Source: an uncultured delta proteobacterium
Lineage (GTDB): Bacteria; Desulfobacterota; Desulfuromonadia; Geobacterales; DSM-12255
Direction: 5' to 3'
DNA: 64,000 nt
NCBI GenBank assembly: GCA_963787125.1
Contig: CAWBBV010000001.1
Location: 544,001 to 608,000 of the forward strand
Shown piece after piece: positions 28,292-38,549 of this stretch. The translations under genes and the position numbers were made by a program. Under the pieces are notes generated by a model. That model searched no databases, was not told where the DNA came from, and saw nothing but the letters and a program-made list of their open reading frames with translations. Position 1 is the stretch's first letter, and the number at the start of each line of letters is the position of its first letter.

Positions 28292-29285
28292 TTTCTCCTT
28301 TCACAGGCATATTTTTTATAAGGTTATCATACTCTGCGGCAGTTACCGCTGTCTTCCAGTGACCGGTGACTTTGCCGATGATTGTCCCGCCGCAGAAAAT
28401 CAGCAGTACCAAAAGGGCAAAGATAATCCCGGGAACAACGATCTTTCGCCCAGGGAGTTTCATCGCCAGCGCCCCCTCTGCCCGGCAATGGCTGATACAG
28501 CGCCAGCAGCCGACACATTCGGGGGAGTGAACACGTAGTTGCTCCATGACCGGTATCCCTGCCGGACAGAATTGGCTGCAAGCACCGCAAGAAACGCAGA
28601 TATCTTTGTCCCTGGTAACTTTTGTCGGAGAGAAGAAGGCGATGAGCCCAAGTAACGCCCCGTAAGGGCAGAGGAAACGGCAGAACGGGTTTTTGAGCGG
28701 CAGTGAAAGTAACAGAGTGACAATGATGAAAATCAGCGGGAAGCCGGAGATGTTAAGAAAAAAGTCAAGCATCCTCACATCGGCAATCTTGTTATAGTCC
28801 GACTCGATAAAGGCTGTAATCTGTGCTGCCGGCATCCTGACGAAGATAAAGAAAATGAAAAATGCAAGCAGCAGATATTTCAGGCTTCTCAGGGTGCCGT
28901 CGAGCCATGGCGGGAGGCGAAAATTTCGTTTAAAGAGAGAAAAGCCGCTCTTCCAGAGCAACTCTTCCATGGTGCCGATCGGGCAGATCCATGAACAGAA
29001 AGAGCGCCTGAGTAGCAGCGAGACCAGCACAATCGCAACAAGGATCACAACTGAAGCCGGATGTATCAGGTTGATACTGCCGGTAGAAAGCCAGTCCTTG
29101 ACACCGAGCAGTGCGGCAATCGGCAGAAATCCTTCAACGCCATCAGGTCTGGCAACAGCGGGAGATATGCCGCCGGTTCTGAAGTGAGCGACAAACTGAT
29201 AAAAACGGATGCCGAGATAAATAATGAAAAAAAGGTAGAGCCACTGTATCGCCACTCTGAGGGGCTGCATGAAGCGGTTTCCCAT
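28272..29285 (-). CDS. Membrane 4Fe-4S protein (YccM/NapH-like)
   Basis: FCSWICP, FCRFLCPYG, CVSCGACSQFCP, CVGCWRCISHC. Confidence 0.88.
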   Translation of the reverse strand: MGNRFMQPLRVAIQWLYLFFIIYLGIRFYQFVAHFRTGGISPAVARPDGVEGFLPIAALLGVKDWLSTGSINLIHPASVVILVAIVLVSLLLRRSFCSWICPIGTMEELLWKSGFSLFKRNFRLPPWLDGTLRSLKYLLLAFFIFFIFVRMPAAQITAFIESDYNKIADVRMLDFFLNISGFPLIFIIVTLLLSLPLKNPFCRFLCPYGALLGLIAFFSPTKVTRDKDICVSCGACSQFCPAGIPVMEQLRVHSPECVGCWRCISHCRAEGALAMKLPGRKIVVPGIIFALLVLLIFCGGTIIGKVTGHWKTAVTAAEYDNLIKNMPVKGESDARTH

Positions 29286-29377
29286 AGTTTTAAAATTCCT
29301 TTCCGTGCGCAAGACTTTACGACTTATTCTGTCGCACACATGTGTTAGCCTCTCGATACAAGGATCAGGGAGGGGTT

Positions 29378-29566
29378 ATGGAACTTATATCATTTTTTAG
29401 CGCAGGGATTACAATTTATTGCGGCTGGGTGGCGGTGCAGGATGACGTAAGGTGCTGGCGGCATTTTCGGAGAGTCTCCGCGCAGCGGGTAAAAAGTCCG
29501 CCACAGGTAAAGGTTGTCACTCAGACAAGCTATTCATGTTCGCTGCTCTCTTGTTCAAGGTTATAG
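29378..29566 (+). CDS. Small hypothetical protein
   Basis: GGGAGGGG RBS; hydrophobic N-terminus; overlaps the converging gene end. Confidence 0.45.
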   Translation: MELISFFSAGITIYCGWVAVQDDVRCWRHFRRVSAQRVKSPPQVKVVTQTSYSCSLLSCSRL

Positions 29567-30993
29567 CGTACGATTCTGCTGCGCAGGGTATTACGGGATA
29601 TTCCGAGCATTTTTGCTGTCAGTACCTGGTTGTGGCAACTCTTTTTTAATGCAAGCTCGATGGTGGCTTTTTCCAGTCCCTGGCTGACATTCTGATATAA
29701 ATCTTCGATGTTGTCCGGATGAGAAGACTCTATTTTGGGTTCGAGTAGTCGCATGAAATAGGCGTAGTAGCTGTTCTCCTCAAGGTTGGGTATTGCGGGA
29801 GCCGCCTGTGCGGTGCTGACACTGACAATATCTTCCCTTCTCAGTATTTCCCCCTGCGCCAGCGCCGCCGCTGAGCCAATTACGTTTTTAAGCTCCCTTA
29901 TATTACCTTCCCAGCGGCATTGTAGCAGGTAGTCCCTGGCCTTGGTAGAGACCCCCTTGATCTGTTTTCCATGCTTGAGAGAAAATATCCTGCAGAAAAG
30001 ATCAATGAGAATAGGGATATCCTCAGGCCGCTCCCTTAAGGGCGGCAGGGTTATATTCACCCCTTTGAGACGGTGATAAAGATCCAGTCGGAAGAGTTTC
30101 TGGTGAACAGCCTCTTCCAGGTTTGCGTTGGTGGCGGCAATAACACGCACGTCTGTTCTTATCGGCTCATTGCCGCCAATTCTCTCAAATTCTTGATTTT
30201 CCAGAACTCTCAAGAGTTTGCTCTGGCTCAGCAGACTCATCTCGCCGATTTCATCAAGGAGGATCGTGCCACCGTTGCAATGCTCGAATTTACCGATTCG
30301 CCGTTGATGGGCATCGGTAAACGCCCCTTTTTCATGACCGAACAGTTCAGCCTCCAGCAGAGTTTCCGGCGTTGCTGCGCAGTTAATGGCAAGAAAAGGT
30401 TTGGTGTTGCGGTTGGAATGGCTGTAAATGGCCTTTGCAAGGAGTTCCTTGCCGGTGCCGCTCTCGCCCTGAATCAGCACGGTTGCGTCATTATCGGCGA
30501 TTTTACCTATAAGTTTCCATATTTCCATCATCTTTGGCGATGAGCCGATCATCAGATCCTCGCCAAGATCCGACTTATCAAGATGGGTAGAGTTGGGAAT
30601 GTAGTGGACGCGGCGATTGAGAATGCTGCATTCAAGGGCTTTACGGATCACCAGCTGAAAAAGTTGCAAGTCCGGCGGTTTAATAAGGTAGTCAAAAGCC
30701 CCGTGTTTCATTGTTTCGATTGTGTCACTGACATTGCCGCAAGTAGTGGTCATTATGATTGAGACGGCATGGTCGATTTTCTTTGCTTCAAAGAGAAATT
30801 GAATGCCGGTCATGCCTGGAAGGCACATGTCATAGAGTATGACATTGGGGTGATGTGAGCTGATATGGCGCATCCCCTCATGGGGGTCGACAGTCTCAAA
30901 CAGAGAAATGTCATAATCCGGAAGAGTTTTAAAAAGTCTGGCGGAGAGCTCTTTGCCGTCTTTGCCGTCAACTATCAGAAAGTGGTATTTCAT
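29530..30993 (-). CDS. Sigma-54-dependent response regulator (NtrC family)
   Basis: REC, GESGTGKE, ELFGHEKGAFTDA, WEGNIREL, Fis-type HTH. Confidence 0.93.
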   Translation of the reverse strand: MKYHFLIVDGKDGKELSARLFKTLPDYDISLFETVDPHEGMRHISSHHPNVILYDMCLPGMTGIQFLFEAKKIDHAVSIIMTTTCGNVSDTIETMKHGAFDYLIKPPDLQLFQLVIRKALECSILNRRVHYIPNSTHLDKSDLGEDLMIGSSPKMMEIWKLIGKIADNDATVLIQGESGTGKELLAKAIYSHSNRNTKPFLAINCAATPETLLEAELFGHEKGAFTDAHQRRIGKFEHCNGGTILLDEIGEMSLLSQSKLLRVLENQEFERIGGNEPIRTDVRVIAATNANLEEAVHQKLFRLDLYHRLKGVNITLPPLRERPEDIPILIDLFCRIFSLKHGKQIKGVSTKARDYLLQCRWEGNIRELKNVIGSAAALAQGEILRREDIVSVSTAQAAPAIPNLEENSYYAYFMRLLEPKIESSHPDNIEDLYQNVSQGLEKATIELALKKSCHNQVLTAKMLGISRNTLRSRIVRYNLEQESSEHE

Positions 30994-31214
30994 GGTCGCG
31001 GCCTTATCAGATGCAGTTAAGTTAGCGCTGCATAATTAAGGCTACTACCAGGAATTATTTTGTCAACTCGGGAGTCTATCGGACTTAGGAAATCAAAGCG
31101 AAAATTCGGCTGTATGATGGCAGATTTCGCCAAATTTGCAGGTCAATAGCTGTTCTATTGATCAAGAAAGTGGCGAGATATGAACCGTTCAGACGGATTT
31201 GCAGCAGATTTATT

Positions 31215-31982
31215 CTAAGTCCGACAGCCTCCCAGTCGCTGGTCCAAGAGGTGTCGTGGCTGGACATTGGCGAGGGCGCTCAGGAGACTGCGCTTGACGT
31301 GGGGGATTGATTTCTGCAGTTCAGTCAGAAGCTGCTTCATTTTTTTCCGTTGCATGTCAGCCGTGCCGCAGACCGGACAGCAGCAGCAGACAACCGGGAA
31401 GCTGTTTTCCAGGGAGAACTGGATGATCTCCTGCTCTTCTACATAGACCAGTGGTCTGATAACAGTCGTTTCACCATTGTCGGCAAGCATCGACGGCGCC
31501 ATTGCCTTGAGGGAGCCGACAAAGAACTGGTTAAGGAGCAGAGTCTCGATAAAATCATCGAGATGGTGACCGAGTGCCAGTTTGTTGCAGCCGTATTGCT
31601 TGGCAAGAGTATAAAGCGAGCCGCGTTTCAGCCGGGCGCAGATGGAGCAATAGGAGGAACCGGGGCGGCGCTTCTCCTTGATTATTTCGTAGTGCCCTGC
31701 ATTCTCAAGGTGATGCTTAAAGCTGTTATCTTCCAGATGATTGACAATGACGTCAGAGCGAAAGCCGGGATAACCCGAGTCTATGGTTATGGCAACAAGC
31801 TCGTATTTGATCGGGGCACGGCGTCTGAGCTCCTCAAGAATATGGAGCAGAGAATAAGAATCTTTTCCTCCAGAAACTCCGACCGCAATTCTGTCTCCAT
31901 CCTGTATCAGTGAAAAATCGGCAATCGCCCGGCCGACAGCATTTTTAATCTGTGTATAACGCTTGTTTTTTATCAGCGGCAT
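31215..31982 (-). CDS. ttcA: tRNA 2-thiocytidine biosynthesis protein
   Basis: SGGKDS PP-loop, CSICARLKRG, GHHLDD, IRPL. Confidence 0.92.
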   Translation of the reverse strand: MPLIKNKRYTQIKNAVGRAIADFSLIQDGDRIAVGVSGGKDSYSLLHILEELRRRAPIKYELVAITIDSGYPGFRSDVIVNHLEDNSFKHHLENAGHYEIIKEKRRPGSSYCSICARLKRGSLYTLAKQYGCNKLALGHHLDDFIETLLLNQFFVGSLKAMAPSMLADNGETTVIRPLVYVEEQEIIQFSLENSFPVVCCCCPVCGTADMQRKKMKQLLTELQKSIPHVKRSLLSALANVQPRHLLDQRLGGCRT

Positions 31983-31984
31983 TA

Positions 31985-32878
31985 TCAGTCCTGTTCTTGA
32001 AAACGAAGTCCGGCATTTAGACCGAAGCGGCTGAATTTCTCGTCTGGAGGAGCACTGGCAGCAATCCTTCTACCAGCATTATCTATAAAACTCATGTTCC
32101 GGCAGTGGAGCATCATCCGCTCGGCCGGAATCCCGCCATAGGGTTCATCGCCGACTATTGGGAGGCCGCAGTGGGTGAGGTGGACCCGTATCTGGTGAGT
32201 GCGGCCGGTGACCGGCCTTGCTTCAATGAGAGTGTATCTGCCAGCGGTGGAAAGTATCCGGAAATTTGTTACCGAAGCCTTTCCCGGGAGAATGACGCCG
32301 TAACGAAATTTGTTAAGCTTGCCGATCGGGGCGTCAACAGTCCAGGCAGTCTCTTCAGGGAGGTCGGCGACGATAGCCCAGTAGACCTTTTCAACCCGGC
32401 TACCTTTAAGTTCTCCTGAAATAAAAGTGGCGGCCGCCTTGTGCTTGGGAAAAAACATGACGCCGGAAGTGCCGCGATCGAGACGATGGATAACCCGTGC
32501 CGGTTCGCTGCTCCCTTGCTCTTTCAGGTATTGCGCCACCGCATACTCAGCTGTACCTTTAAGCTGGTAGGGGGTGCGCTGGCTGTTGATCCCCGGGGCT
32601 TTATTCAGTGCCAGGTAGTCAGTGTCTTCGTAAAGCAGCTCTTCTTTGACGAGCCTGACATCAACAAAGCGCTCGGCTTCCATTACTCCCAGGATAATCT
32701 CATCTCCCTGGCGAAGTTCACGGGAGGCAACCCTCACCATCACCTGATTGACAGTGCAGCCGCCAAGGTCGATTATTTTGCGTATCTGGGTCTTGGAGAG
32801 CTGAGGGAAGATTGCTTTAGCAGCGTCATCAAGCCGAAAACAGTTCTGCTCGGCTCTGACAGTTGAGGTGAGGATCAT
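31985..32878 (-). CDS. RluA/RluD-family pseudouridine synthase
   Basis: S4-like N-terminus, HRLDRGTSG, TGRTHQIRVH. Confidence 0.92.
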   Translation of the reverse strand: MILTSTVRAEQNCFRLDDAAKAIFPQLSKTQIRKIIDLGGCTVNQVMVRVASRELRQGDEIILGVMEAERFVDVRLVKEELLYEDTDYLALNKAPGINSQRTPYQLKGTAEYAVAQYLKEQGSSEPARVIHRLDRGTSGVMFFPKHKAAATFISGELKGSRVEKVYWAIVADLPEETAWTVDAPIGKLNKFRYGVILPGKASVTNFRILSTAGRYTLIEARPVTGRTHQIRVHLTHCGLPIVGDEPYGGIPAERMMLHCRNMSFIDNAGRRIAASAPPDEKFSRFGLNAGLRFQEQD

Positions 32879-32884
32879 ATGATT

Positions 32885-33358
32885 TCAGTTTTCGGTCATG
32901 AAGTGCTGTTCGTACAGATCTTCAAGCTGCTGCAGGTGGCGACTTTCATCGGCAACAAGACGTTCCAGGAGCTTGCCCATGGGGGCGCCGGCGCAGGCTC
33001 CGGCCATCTTCTTGTAAAAAATGATGGCAGCGTTTTCCAGATGGATTGAGTAGGCCAGGGCTTCCCGGGCGTCTGAATCCGGTTTCAGCTCCTTTTTTGC
33101 CAATACAGCATCAAGATTCATTGTCGGCAGCGGTTTGTCAAGCGTCCCTTCAGTTATATGGCCATCAATCAAGGCTTTCTCCAGCTCGTATTTATGGGCA
33201 AGCTCATCCAGTGCCGCTTCTTTAAGGATCGCACTGGCCGCCTTGGACTTGACTATGCGAAGCGCTGCCAGGTAGCTTCTGAATCCCTCTTCTTCCATGC
33301 GTATGGCCATTTCCAGGGCGCCTTCAAATGTGTAGCATACATCAGCCTGATCGCTCAT
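32885..33358 (-). CDS. Ferritin-like (rubrerythrin-type) protein
   Basis: Two E...ExxH diiron motifs (DELAH, DESRH). Confidence 0.85.
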   Translation of the reverse strand: MSDQADVCYTFEGALEMAIRMEEEGFRSYLAALRIVKSKAASAILKEAALDELAHKYELEKALIDGHITEGTLDKPLPTMNLDAVLAKKELKPDSDAREALAYSIHLENAAIIFYKKMAGACAGAPMGKLLERLVADESRHLQQLEDLYEQHFMTEN

Positions 33359-33471
33359 AATCCCCTCCATTGTCTCTTAAAAATTTAATTATTTTTTAGC
33401 ATATTGCGTAAACAAGCTCAATGGTATTGTATGCAGATAAACTGTCCAGGCAAAATAAGAATATTTTTAGC

Positions 33472-33525
33472 TTGACGAAACAGACCACGTTTAAGTAAAA
33501 TCCGGTTCTACTTTTTTGTAGACAA
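33472..33525 (+). promoter_or_regulatory. Promoter and palindromic operator of the CoA transferase gene
   Basis: TTGACG-N18-TAAAAT, then TTGTAGACAA at 33516-33525. Confidence 0.5.
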
Positions 33526-33623
33526 GTATTCTTTAAGAAAGATTTTAAGAGGAAAACTGAAGTTTCCATAGGGCTTTTCACGGCTGTGCTGTGAACCCCA
33601 AAACAAACCAGGAGGTAGGACAG

Positions 33624-35219
33624 ATGGCCGATTATGGTACCCTGCAGGATCGCGTACGTCACAAATCACTTTTGAGCAAGGTCATGACAGCAGAAGAGAC
33701 AGTTCAGTTCTTCCAGCCGGGCATGAATCTTGGCTGGTCAGGCTTTACTCCGGCCGGTTATCCGAAGGTAGTTCCGATTGCAGTTGCTGAGCATGTTGAA
33801 AAAAACAACCTTCAGGGCAAGTGGAAATTCAACCTTTTTATCGGCGCATCCGTCGGTGCTGAGACCGAAGACCGCTGGGCTGTAAATGACATGATCGACC
33901 GTCGCTGGCCTTATCAGACCGGCAAGAATATCGCTGCCGGTATCAACGAAGGCCGCATCCGTATGGGCGACAAGCATCTTTCACTCTTTGCTCAGGATCT
34001 CGGCTACGGCTTCTACACCAAGGACACACCTACCGGCAAGCTTGACCTGGCAATAATCGAAGTATCCGCAATTACCGAAGACGGTGGCCTTGTTCCGACC
34101 TCTTCCTGCGGTGTTATTCCAGAAATTCTGATGATGTGCGACAGGATCATTGTCGAGGTAAACACCGGACAGCCTTCCTTTGAAGGGATCCATGACCTGA
34201 TCACCCCGGGCACACCGCCAAATCGTCAGGTTTACAACATTACCAAGGCTAACTCCCGCATCGGCGGTACTTCTATCCCGTGTGACCCGAAAAAGATCAT
34301 CGCTGTTGTTGAGTCCAAACTCCGTGACCAGGGTCGTGCCTTTGCTGAGCAGGACGATACATCCGAAGCAATTGCTAACCATATCATCGACTTCTTCTCC
34401 CATGAAGTAAAGGCCGGTCGTCTGCCGGACAACCTGCTGCCGATCCAGTCAGGCGTCGGCTCTATCGCCAATGCGGTTATCGGTGGCCTTGCCAAGGGTC
34501 CGTTCTACAATCTCTCTGTTTACACCGAGGTTTTGCAGGACACTATGCTCGATCTGTTTGATTCCGGCAAACTTGATGCGGCATCTTCCTGCTCACTGTC
34601 GCTGTCAGCATCACCAGGTTTCCCGAAATTTTTCGAGAACATGGACAAGTATTTTGACAAGATTACTCTCCGTCCGCTTTCCATCTCCAATGCTCCAGAA
34701 CCGATTCGTCGTCTCGGCTGTATTGCCATGAACACTCCGGTTGAGATCGACATGTATGCTCATGCCAACTCAACTCTCGTCGGTGGTACCCGGATGATCA
34801 ACGGCCTTGGCGGTTCCGGTGACTTCCTCCGTAACGGCTTCCTGAAGATGATGCACACCCCGTCAAGCCGCCCAAGCAAGACCGATCCGACCGGTATTTC
34901 TTGTGTGGTGCCGCACTGCTCACACATCGACCACACCGAGCACGACCTGGATGTCGTCATCACCGAGCAGGGTCTGGCCGACCTTCGTGGTCTCTGCCCA
35001 CGTGACCGCGCCAAGGTAATCATCGAGAAGTGCGCTCATCCCGAGTACAAACCGATTCTTACCGAGTACTACGAGATGGCTCTTGCCGATTGCCTCCGTC
35101 GCAAGGTTGCCCACGAGCCGCAGCTCTGGGATCGTGCTTTCAAGATGCACTTGAACCTTGAGAGAAACGGCACAATGAAGATCAAGAACTGGGATATCAA
35201 ACTTGATCTTTGCGAGTAA
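33624..35219 (+). CDS. ato: Succinyl-CoA:acetate CoA-transferase (acetyl-CoA hydrolase/transferase family)
   Basis: SGFTPAGYPK, QSGVGSIANA, TEVLQD, INGLGGSGDF, TEQGLADLRG; strongly biased codons. Confidence 0.9.
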   Translation: MADYGTLQDRVRHKSLLSKVMTAEETVQFFQPGMNLGWSGFTPAGYPKVVPIAVAEHVEKNNLQGKWKFNLFIGASVGAETEDRWAVNDMIDRRWPYQTGKNIAAGINEGRIRMGDKHLSLFAQDLGYGFYTKDTPTGKLDLAIIEVSAITEDGGLVPTSSCGVIPEILMMCDRIIVEVNTGQPSFEGIHDLITPGTPPNRQVYNITKANSRIGGTSIPCDPKKIIAVVESKLRDQGRAFAEQDDTSEAIANHIIDFFSHEVKAGRLPDNLLPIQSGVGSIANAVIGGLAKGPFYNLSVYTEVLQDTMLDLFDSGKLDAASSCSLSLSASPGFPKFFENMDKYFDKITLRPLSISNAPEPIRRLGCIAMNTPVEIDMYAHANSTLVGGTRMINGLGGSGDFLRNGFLKMMHTPSSRPSKTDPTGISCVVPHCSHIDHTEHDLDVVITEQGLADLRGLCPRDRAKVIIEKCAHPEYKPILTEYYEMALADCLRRKVAHEPQLWDRAFKMHLNLERNGTMKIKNWDIKLDLCE

Positions 35220-35242
35220 AATGTTTCACCCGGCTAAACAAG

Positions 35243-35271
35243 AACCCGCCCCTCAAAAGGCGGGTTTTTTT
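35243..35271 (+). terminator. Rho-independent terminator
   Basis: aacccgcc-cctcaaaa-ggcgggttttttt. Confidence 0.8.
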
Positions 35272-35336
35272 ATGCCGAGTCTTGACAGGAAAGCTGATAG
35301 CGATTAATTTCAGAATATTTCCCGAGGAGGCCGGTC

Positions 35337-36731
35337 ATGCGTAAAAATATTATGTTTATTGTCGCCGCACTATTCACATCACTAACCTGTTCAACTCCCC
35401 CCGCCATTGCCAAATACTCACCGCCAAACTTTGTGGAGCTGGCCAAAAAACTAAAACCGACTGTCGTCAATATAGGCACAGAGAGAAAACCAAAACAACA
35501 GCGACGCCAACAGGCCCGCCCTTTTGGCAACTCACCTTTTGGCAATGATCCGTTTCAGGATTTTTTTGATAGGTTTTTTGATGAGCAGCGTCCCCAGGGG
35601 AGGGCACAGAAAAGTCTCGGTTCCGGTTTTGTTATCAGCGCCGATGGCTACATTCTTACAAACAATCATGTTGTCGATGGCGCCGATGAGATCAAGGTTA
35701 AATTTGATAACGGCAAAGAGCTGAAAGGAGAGCTCAAAGGGAGCGACGCCAAACTCGATCTTGCCCTGATAAAAGTGACTACTGATGAAAAACTCTCCGT
35801 TGCCGTTCTTGGCGACAGTGACGAGATAGAGGTTGGTGAATGGGTAATGGCCATCGGCAATCCGTTCGGTCTCTCGGAAACGGTCACTGCCGGAATTGTC
35901 AGCGCCAAAGGCCGGGTGATAGGGAGCGGCCCTTATGATGACTTTATCCAGACAGATGCGTCGATTAATCCGGGGAACTCCGGCGGACCGCTCTTTAACG
36001 CCAAAGGAGAGGTCATCGGGATAAACACCGCCATCATTGCCGGCGGCCAGGGGATCGGTTTTGCCATCCCGGTAAACATGGCAAAGTCGATAATTTCACA
36101 GCTTAAAGACAAGGGGAAGGTGACAAGAGGGTGGATTGGCGTTTCAATTCAGCCGGTAACAAAAGATCTCGCCGATTCGTTTGGGCTCCCGGCTGAACGG
36201 GGCGCACTGGTCAGCGAAGTGAACCCTGACAGCCCTGCAGAAAAAGGTGGCGTTAAGTCAGGTGATATAATTATTATCTTTGATGGCAAGACGATCAAGG
36301 AGATGAATGATCTGCCGCGACTGGTCGCTGCTACAGCTGCCGGGTCAAGCGTTAAGGTTAAAGTTATTCGCGAGGGCAAGGAAGAGACTCTGACTCTTGT
36401 CATTGAGAAGATGAAGGATGGAGAGGAAAACTCTTCTGCTGATAATCAGGACAAGCTGGGTTTGTCGGTAAAGGATCTTACTAAAGAGCTTGCTGCAACT
36501 CTACAGATTAAGGAAATCTCGGGTGTCGTTGTTGCCGATGTCAAGCCTGATAGCCTGGCCATGAGCGCCGGAATTCAGAGGGGTGATATCATCAAAGAGG
36601 TTAACGGAGCCAGGGTTGCAAAGGTCGAGGAATATGAGAAAGCTATTGCCAGCGTTAAGAAGGACAAGGTGCTGCGACTGCTCGTCAAGCATGGTGACAG
36701 TTCAAGGTATCTGGCAATAAAGATGGAGTAG
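35337..36731 (+). CDS. DegP/DegQ (HtrA) serine protease with two PDZ domains
   Basis: TNNHVV, DLAL, QTDASINPGNSGGPL. Confidence 0.95.
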   Translation: MRKNIMFIVAALFTSLTCSTPPAIAKYSPPNFVELAKKLKPTVVNIGTERKPKQQRRQQARPFGNSPFGNDPFQDFFDRFFDEQRPQGRAQKSLGSGFVISADGYILTNNHVVDGADEIKVKFDNGKELKGELKGSDAKLDLALIKVTTDEKLSVAVLGDSDEIEVGEWVMAIGNPFGLSETVTAGIVSAKGRVIGSGPYDDFIQTDASINPGNSGGPLFNAKGEVIGINTAIIAGGQGIGFAIPVNMAKSIISQLKDKGKVTRGWIGVSIQPVTKDLADSFGLPAERGALVSEVNPDSPAEKGGVKSGDIIIIFDGKTIKEMNDLPRLVAATAAGSSVKVKVIREGKEETLTLVIEKMKDGEENSSADNQDKLGLSVKDLTKELAATLQIKEISGVVVADVKPDSLAMSAGIQRGDIIKEVNGARVAKVEEYEKAIASVKKDKVLRLLVKHGDSSRYLAIKME

Positions 36732-36742
36732 GTGCAACATAA

Positions 36743-37651
36743 TCAGCTGGCTTTGGTCTCAACATTTGAAACAGAGTATTTAGCCTCAAGGGAATAGATC
36801 ACCAGTCCGCACCAGATACAGCAGAAGCTGATAAGGTGGGGGGTGTCGAACGCTTCCCGGTAGATGAAAACTGCTTGCAGAAAGTGAAGTGACGGGGTGA
36901 TGTACTGCAGAAAGCCGATTGTGGTGAGGCGGAGTCTGCGCGCCGCCGCGGCAAAGAGAATCAGCGGCACTGCCGTCAGCACCCCGGCAAGCGGCAGTAG
37001 TGCCAGATCCTGCGGCAGTCTGCCGACTAGATGGCCGCCGTTGATATAGCCGTTAAAGAGCAGATAGCAGCAGGCCGGCAGGGCGAGCATGCCTGTTTCG
37101 ACCGCCAGCCCGGAAAGCGCCTCAACCGGCGCGATCTTGCGTAAAAGACCATAAAGGCCGAAGGTTGAGGCGAGAACAAGGGCAATGAGCGGCAACTTGC
37201 CGACCATTATCAACTGCACGCCGACGCCGGTAACCGCCAGGGCGATACTGACTGTCTGCCAGGTCCGCAATCTTTCCCTCAGGATCACCACTCCCAGCAC
37301 GACATTTACCAGCGGTGTCATGAAGTAGCCGAGACTCGACTGCAGCACTTCACCTTTGCCGACCGCATAGATAAAAACCAGCCAGTTTGTCGAGATGAGC
37401 AGCGATGTTACCAAGAGATAAAGGAGGGCGCGCCGGTCGGTACAAATCCTGCGGATAAGCGGCAGTTCTCCCTTGACAATAATCAGAACTGCCAGAAAAA
37501 GCATCGACCAGAAGATTCTGTGGGACACGACCTCAAGCGGGTTCAAGTGCTTGAGCTGCTTGAAGAAAAGCGGAAAAAACCCCCAGATGAAGTACGCCAC
37601 GAGGCCGTAAATAAAGCCGGTGCGAGCTGCGCTTCCCCCTTTAGCCGGCAT
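36743..37651 (-). CDS. rarD: EamA-family transporter RarD
   Basis: WGFFP, HRIFWS, SSLGYFMTP, GFLQYITP. Confidence 0.88.
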   Translation of the reverse strand: MPAKGGSAARTGFIYGLVAYFIWGFFPLFFKQLKHLNPLEVVSHRIFWSMLFLAVLIIVKGELPLIRRICTDRRALLYLLVTSLLISTNWLVFIYAVGKGEVLQSSLGYFMTPLVNVVLGVVILRERLRTWQTVSIALAVTGVGVQLIMVGKLPLIALVLASTFGLYGLLRKIAPVEALSGLAVETGMLALPACCYLLFNGYINGGHLVGRLPQDLALLPLAGVLTAVPLILFAAAARRLRLTTIGFLQYITPSLHFLQAVFIYREAFDTPHLISFCCIWCGLVIYSLEAKYSVSNVETKAS

Positions 37652-38537
37652 CTGCAGCCCCTTTTGGGATGGAGCTCCGTGAAAAAAGATACAGTCCGGC
37701 AAAGATGACCCCGCCACCTATAAGCTGTCTGGGGCCGGGGTACTCCTTCAGGAAAATCGCCCCCCAGACAATGGCGCCAAGTGATTCGCCCAGGATACTG
37801 ACGGCAACTGTTGAGGCCGGAACGTATTTGATGACCCAGTTGAAGATCGTATGGCCGCCAACAGTGCAGATCAGCGCCAGGGCAAAGAAGAGCAGCCACT
37901 CCCTGGCAGGATAGGGGGCAAAGGGGAGTGAGTTCATGACGCTCAAGAGCACCAGAGTCAGTGCACTTGTTCCGTACACGACAAAGGTGTAGGCGCTTAA
38001 GGCCACTTTGGCACGAATCTTCCGCCCGATAATCATATAGCCGGAAACAAGGATGGCGGCCAGGAGAGCAAGAACGTCGCCGAAAAAAGCGTCTGCGCCA
38101 AGCCTGAAATCACCGGCGCCGATAATAAAGCTTCCGCACAGTGCCAAAGCGCCGCCGATCATGGCAAGATGCGAGATCTTTTCGCGAAAAAAGAGCCACG
38201 ATCCCATGACGACAAAAACCGGCTGCAGCGTCACAATGACGACAGAGCTGGCAATGGTCGTATATTTCAGCGAGGTGAACCAGGTGGCAAAGTGCAGCGC
38301 CAGAAACAGACCGCTTAAAGCGGCAAGCAGAACCTCACGCCGTTTCATGGCTGCGAGTTCGTGGCGGTGCTTTACAAGGGTAAAAGGGGCAATCAGGAGA
38401 AAAGTGAAGAGCAGCCGGTAGCTTGCTGTTATCAGCGGCGCCGCCGAGGAGAGCCTGACAAAAAGTGAGGAAAAAGAGACGGCAACGACACCCGCCAAAA
38501 TAGCGATATGAGGGTTAATAAGAGGCTTGTCGGACAT
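37641..38537 (-). CDS. DMT/EamA-family transporter
   Basis: About 10 TM segments, duplicated EamA pattern. Confidence 0.88.
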   Translation of the reverse strand: MSDKPLINPHIAILAGVVAVSFSSLFVRLSSAAPLITASYRLLFTFLLIAPFTLVKHRHELAAMKRREVLLAALSGLFLALHFATWFTSLKYTTIASSVVIVTLQPVFVVMGSWLFFREKISHLAMIGGALALCGSFIIGAGDFRLGADAFFGDVLALLAAILVSGYMIIGRKIRAKVALSAYTFVVYGTSALTLVLLSVMNSLPFAPYPAREWLLFFALALICTVGGHTIFNWVIKYVPASTVAVSILGESLGAIVWGAIFLKEYPGPRQLIGGGVIFAGLYLFSRSSIPKGAADAG

Positions 38538-38549
38538 AAAGTATGGGGA

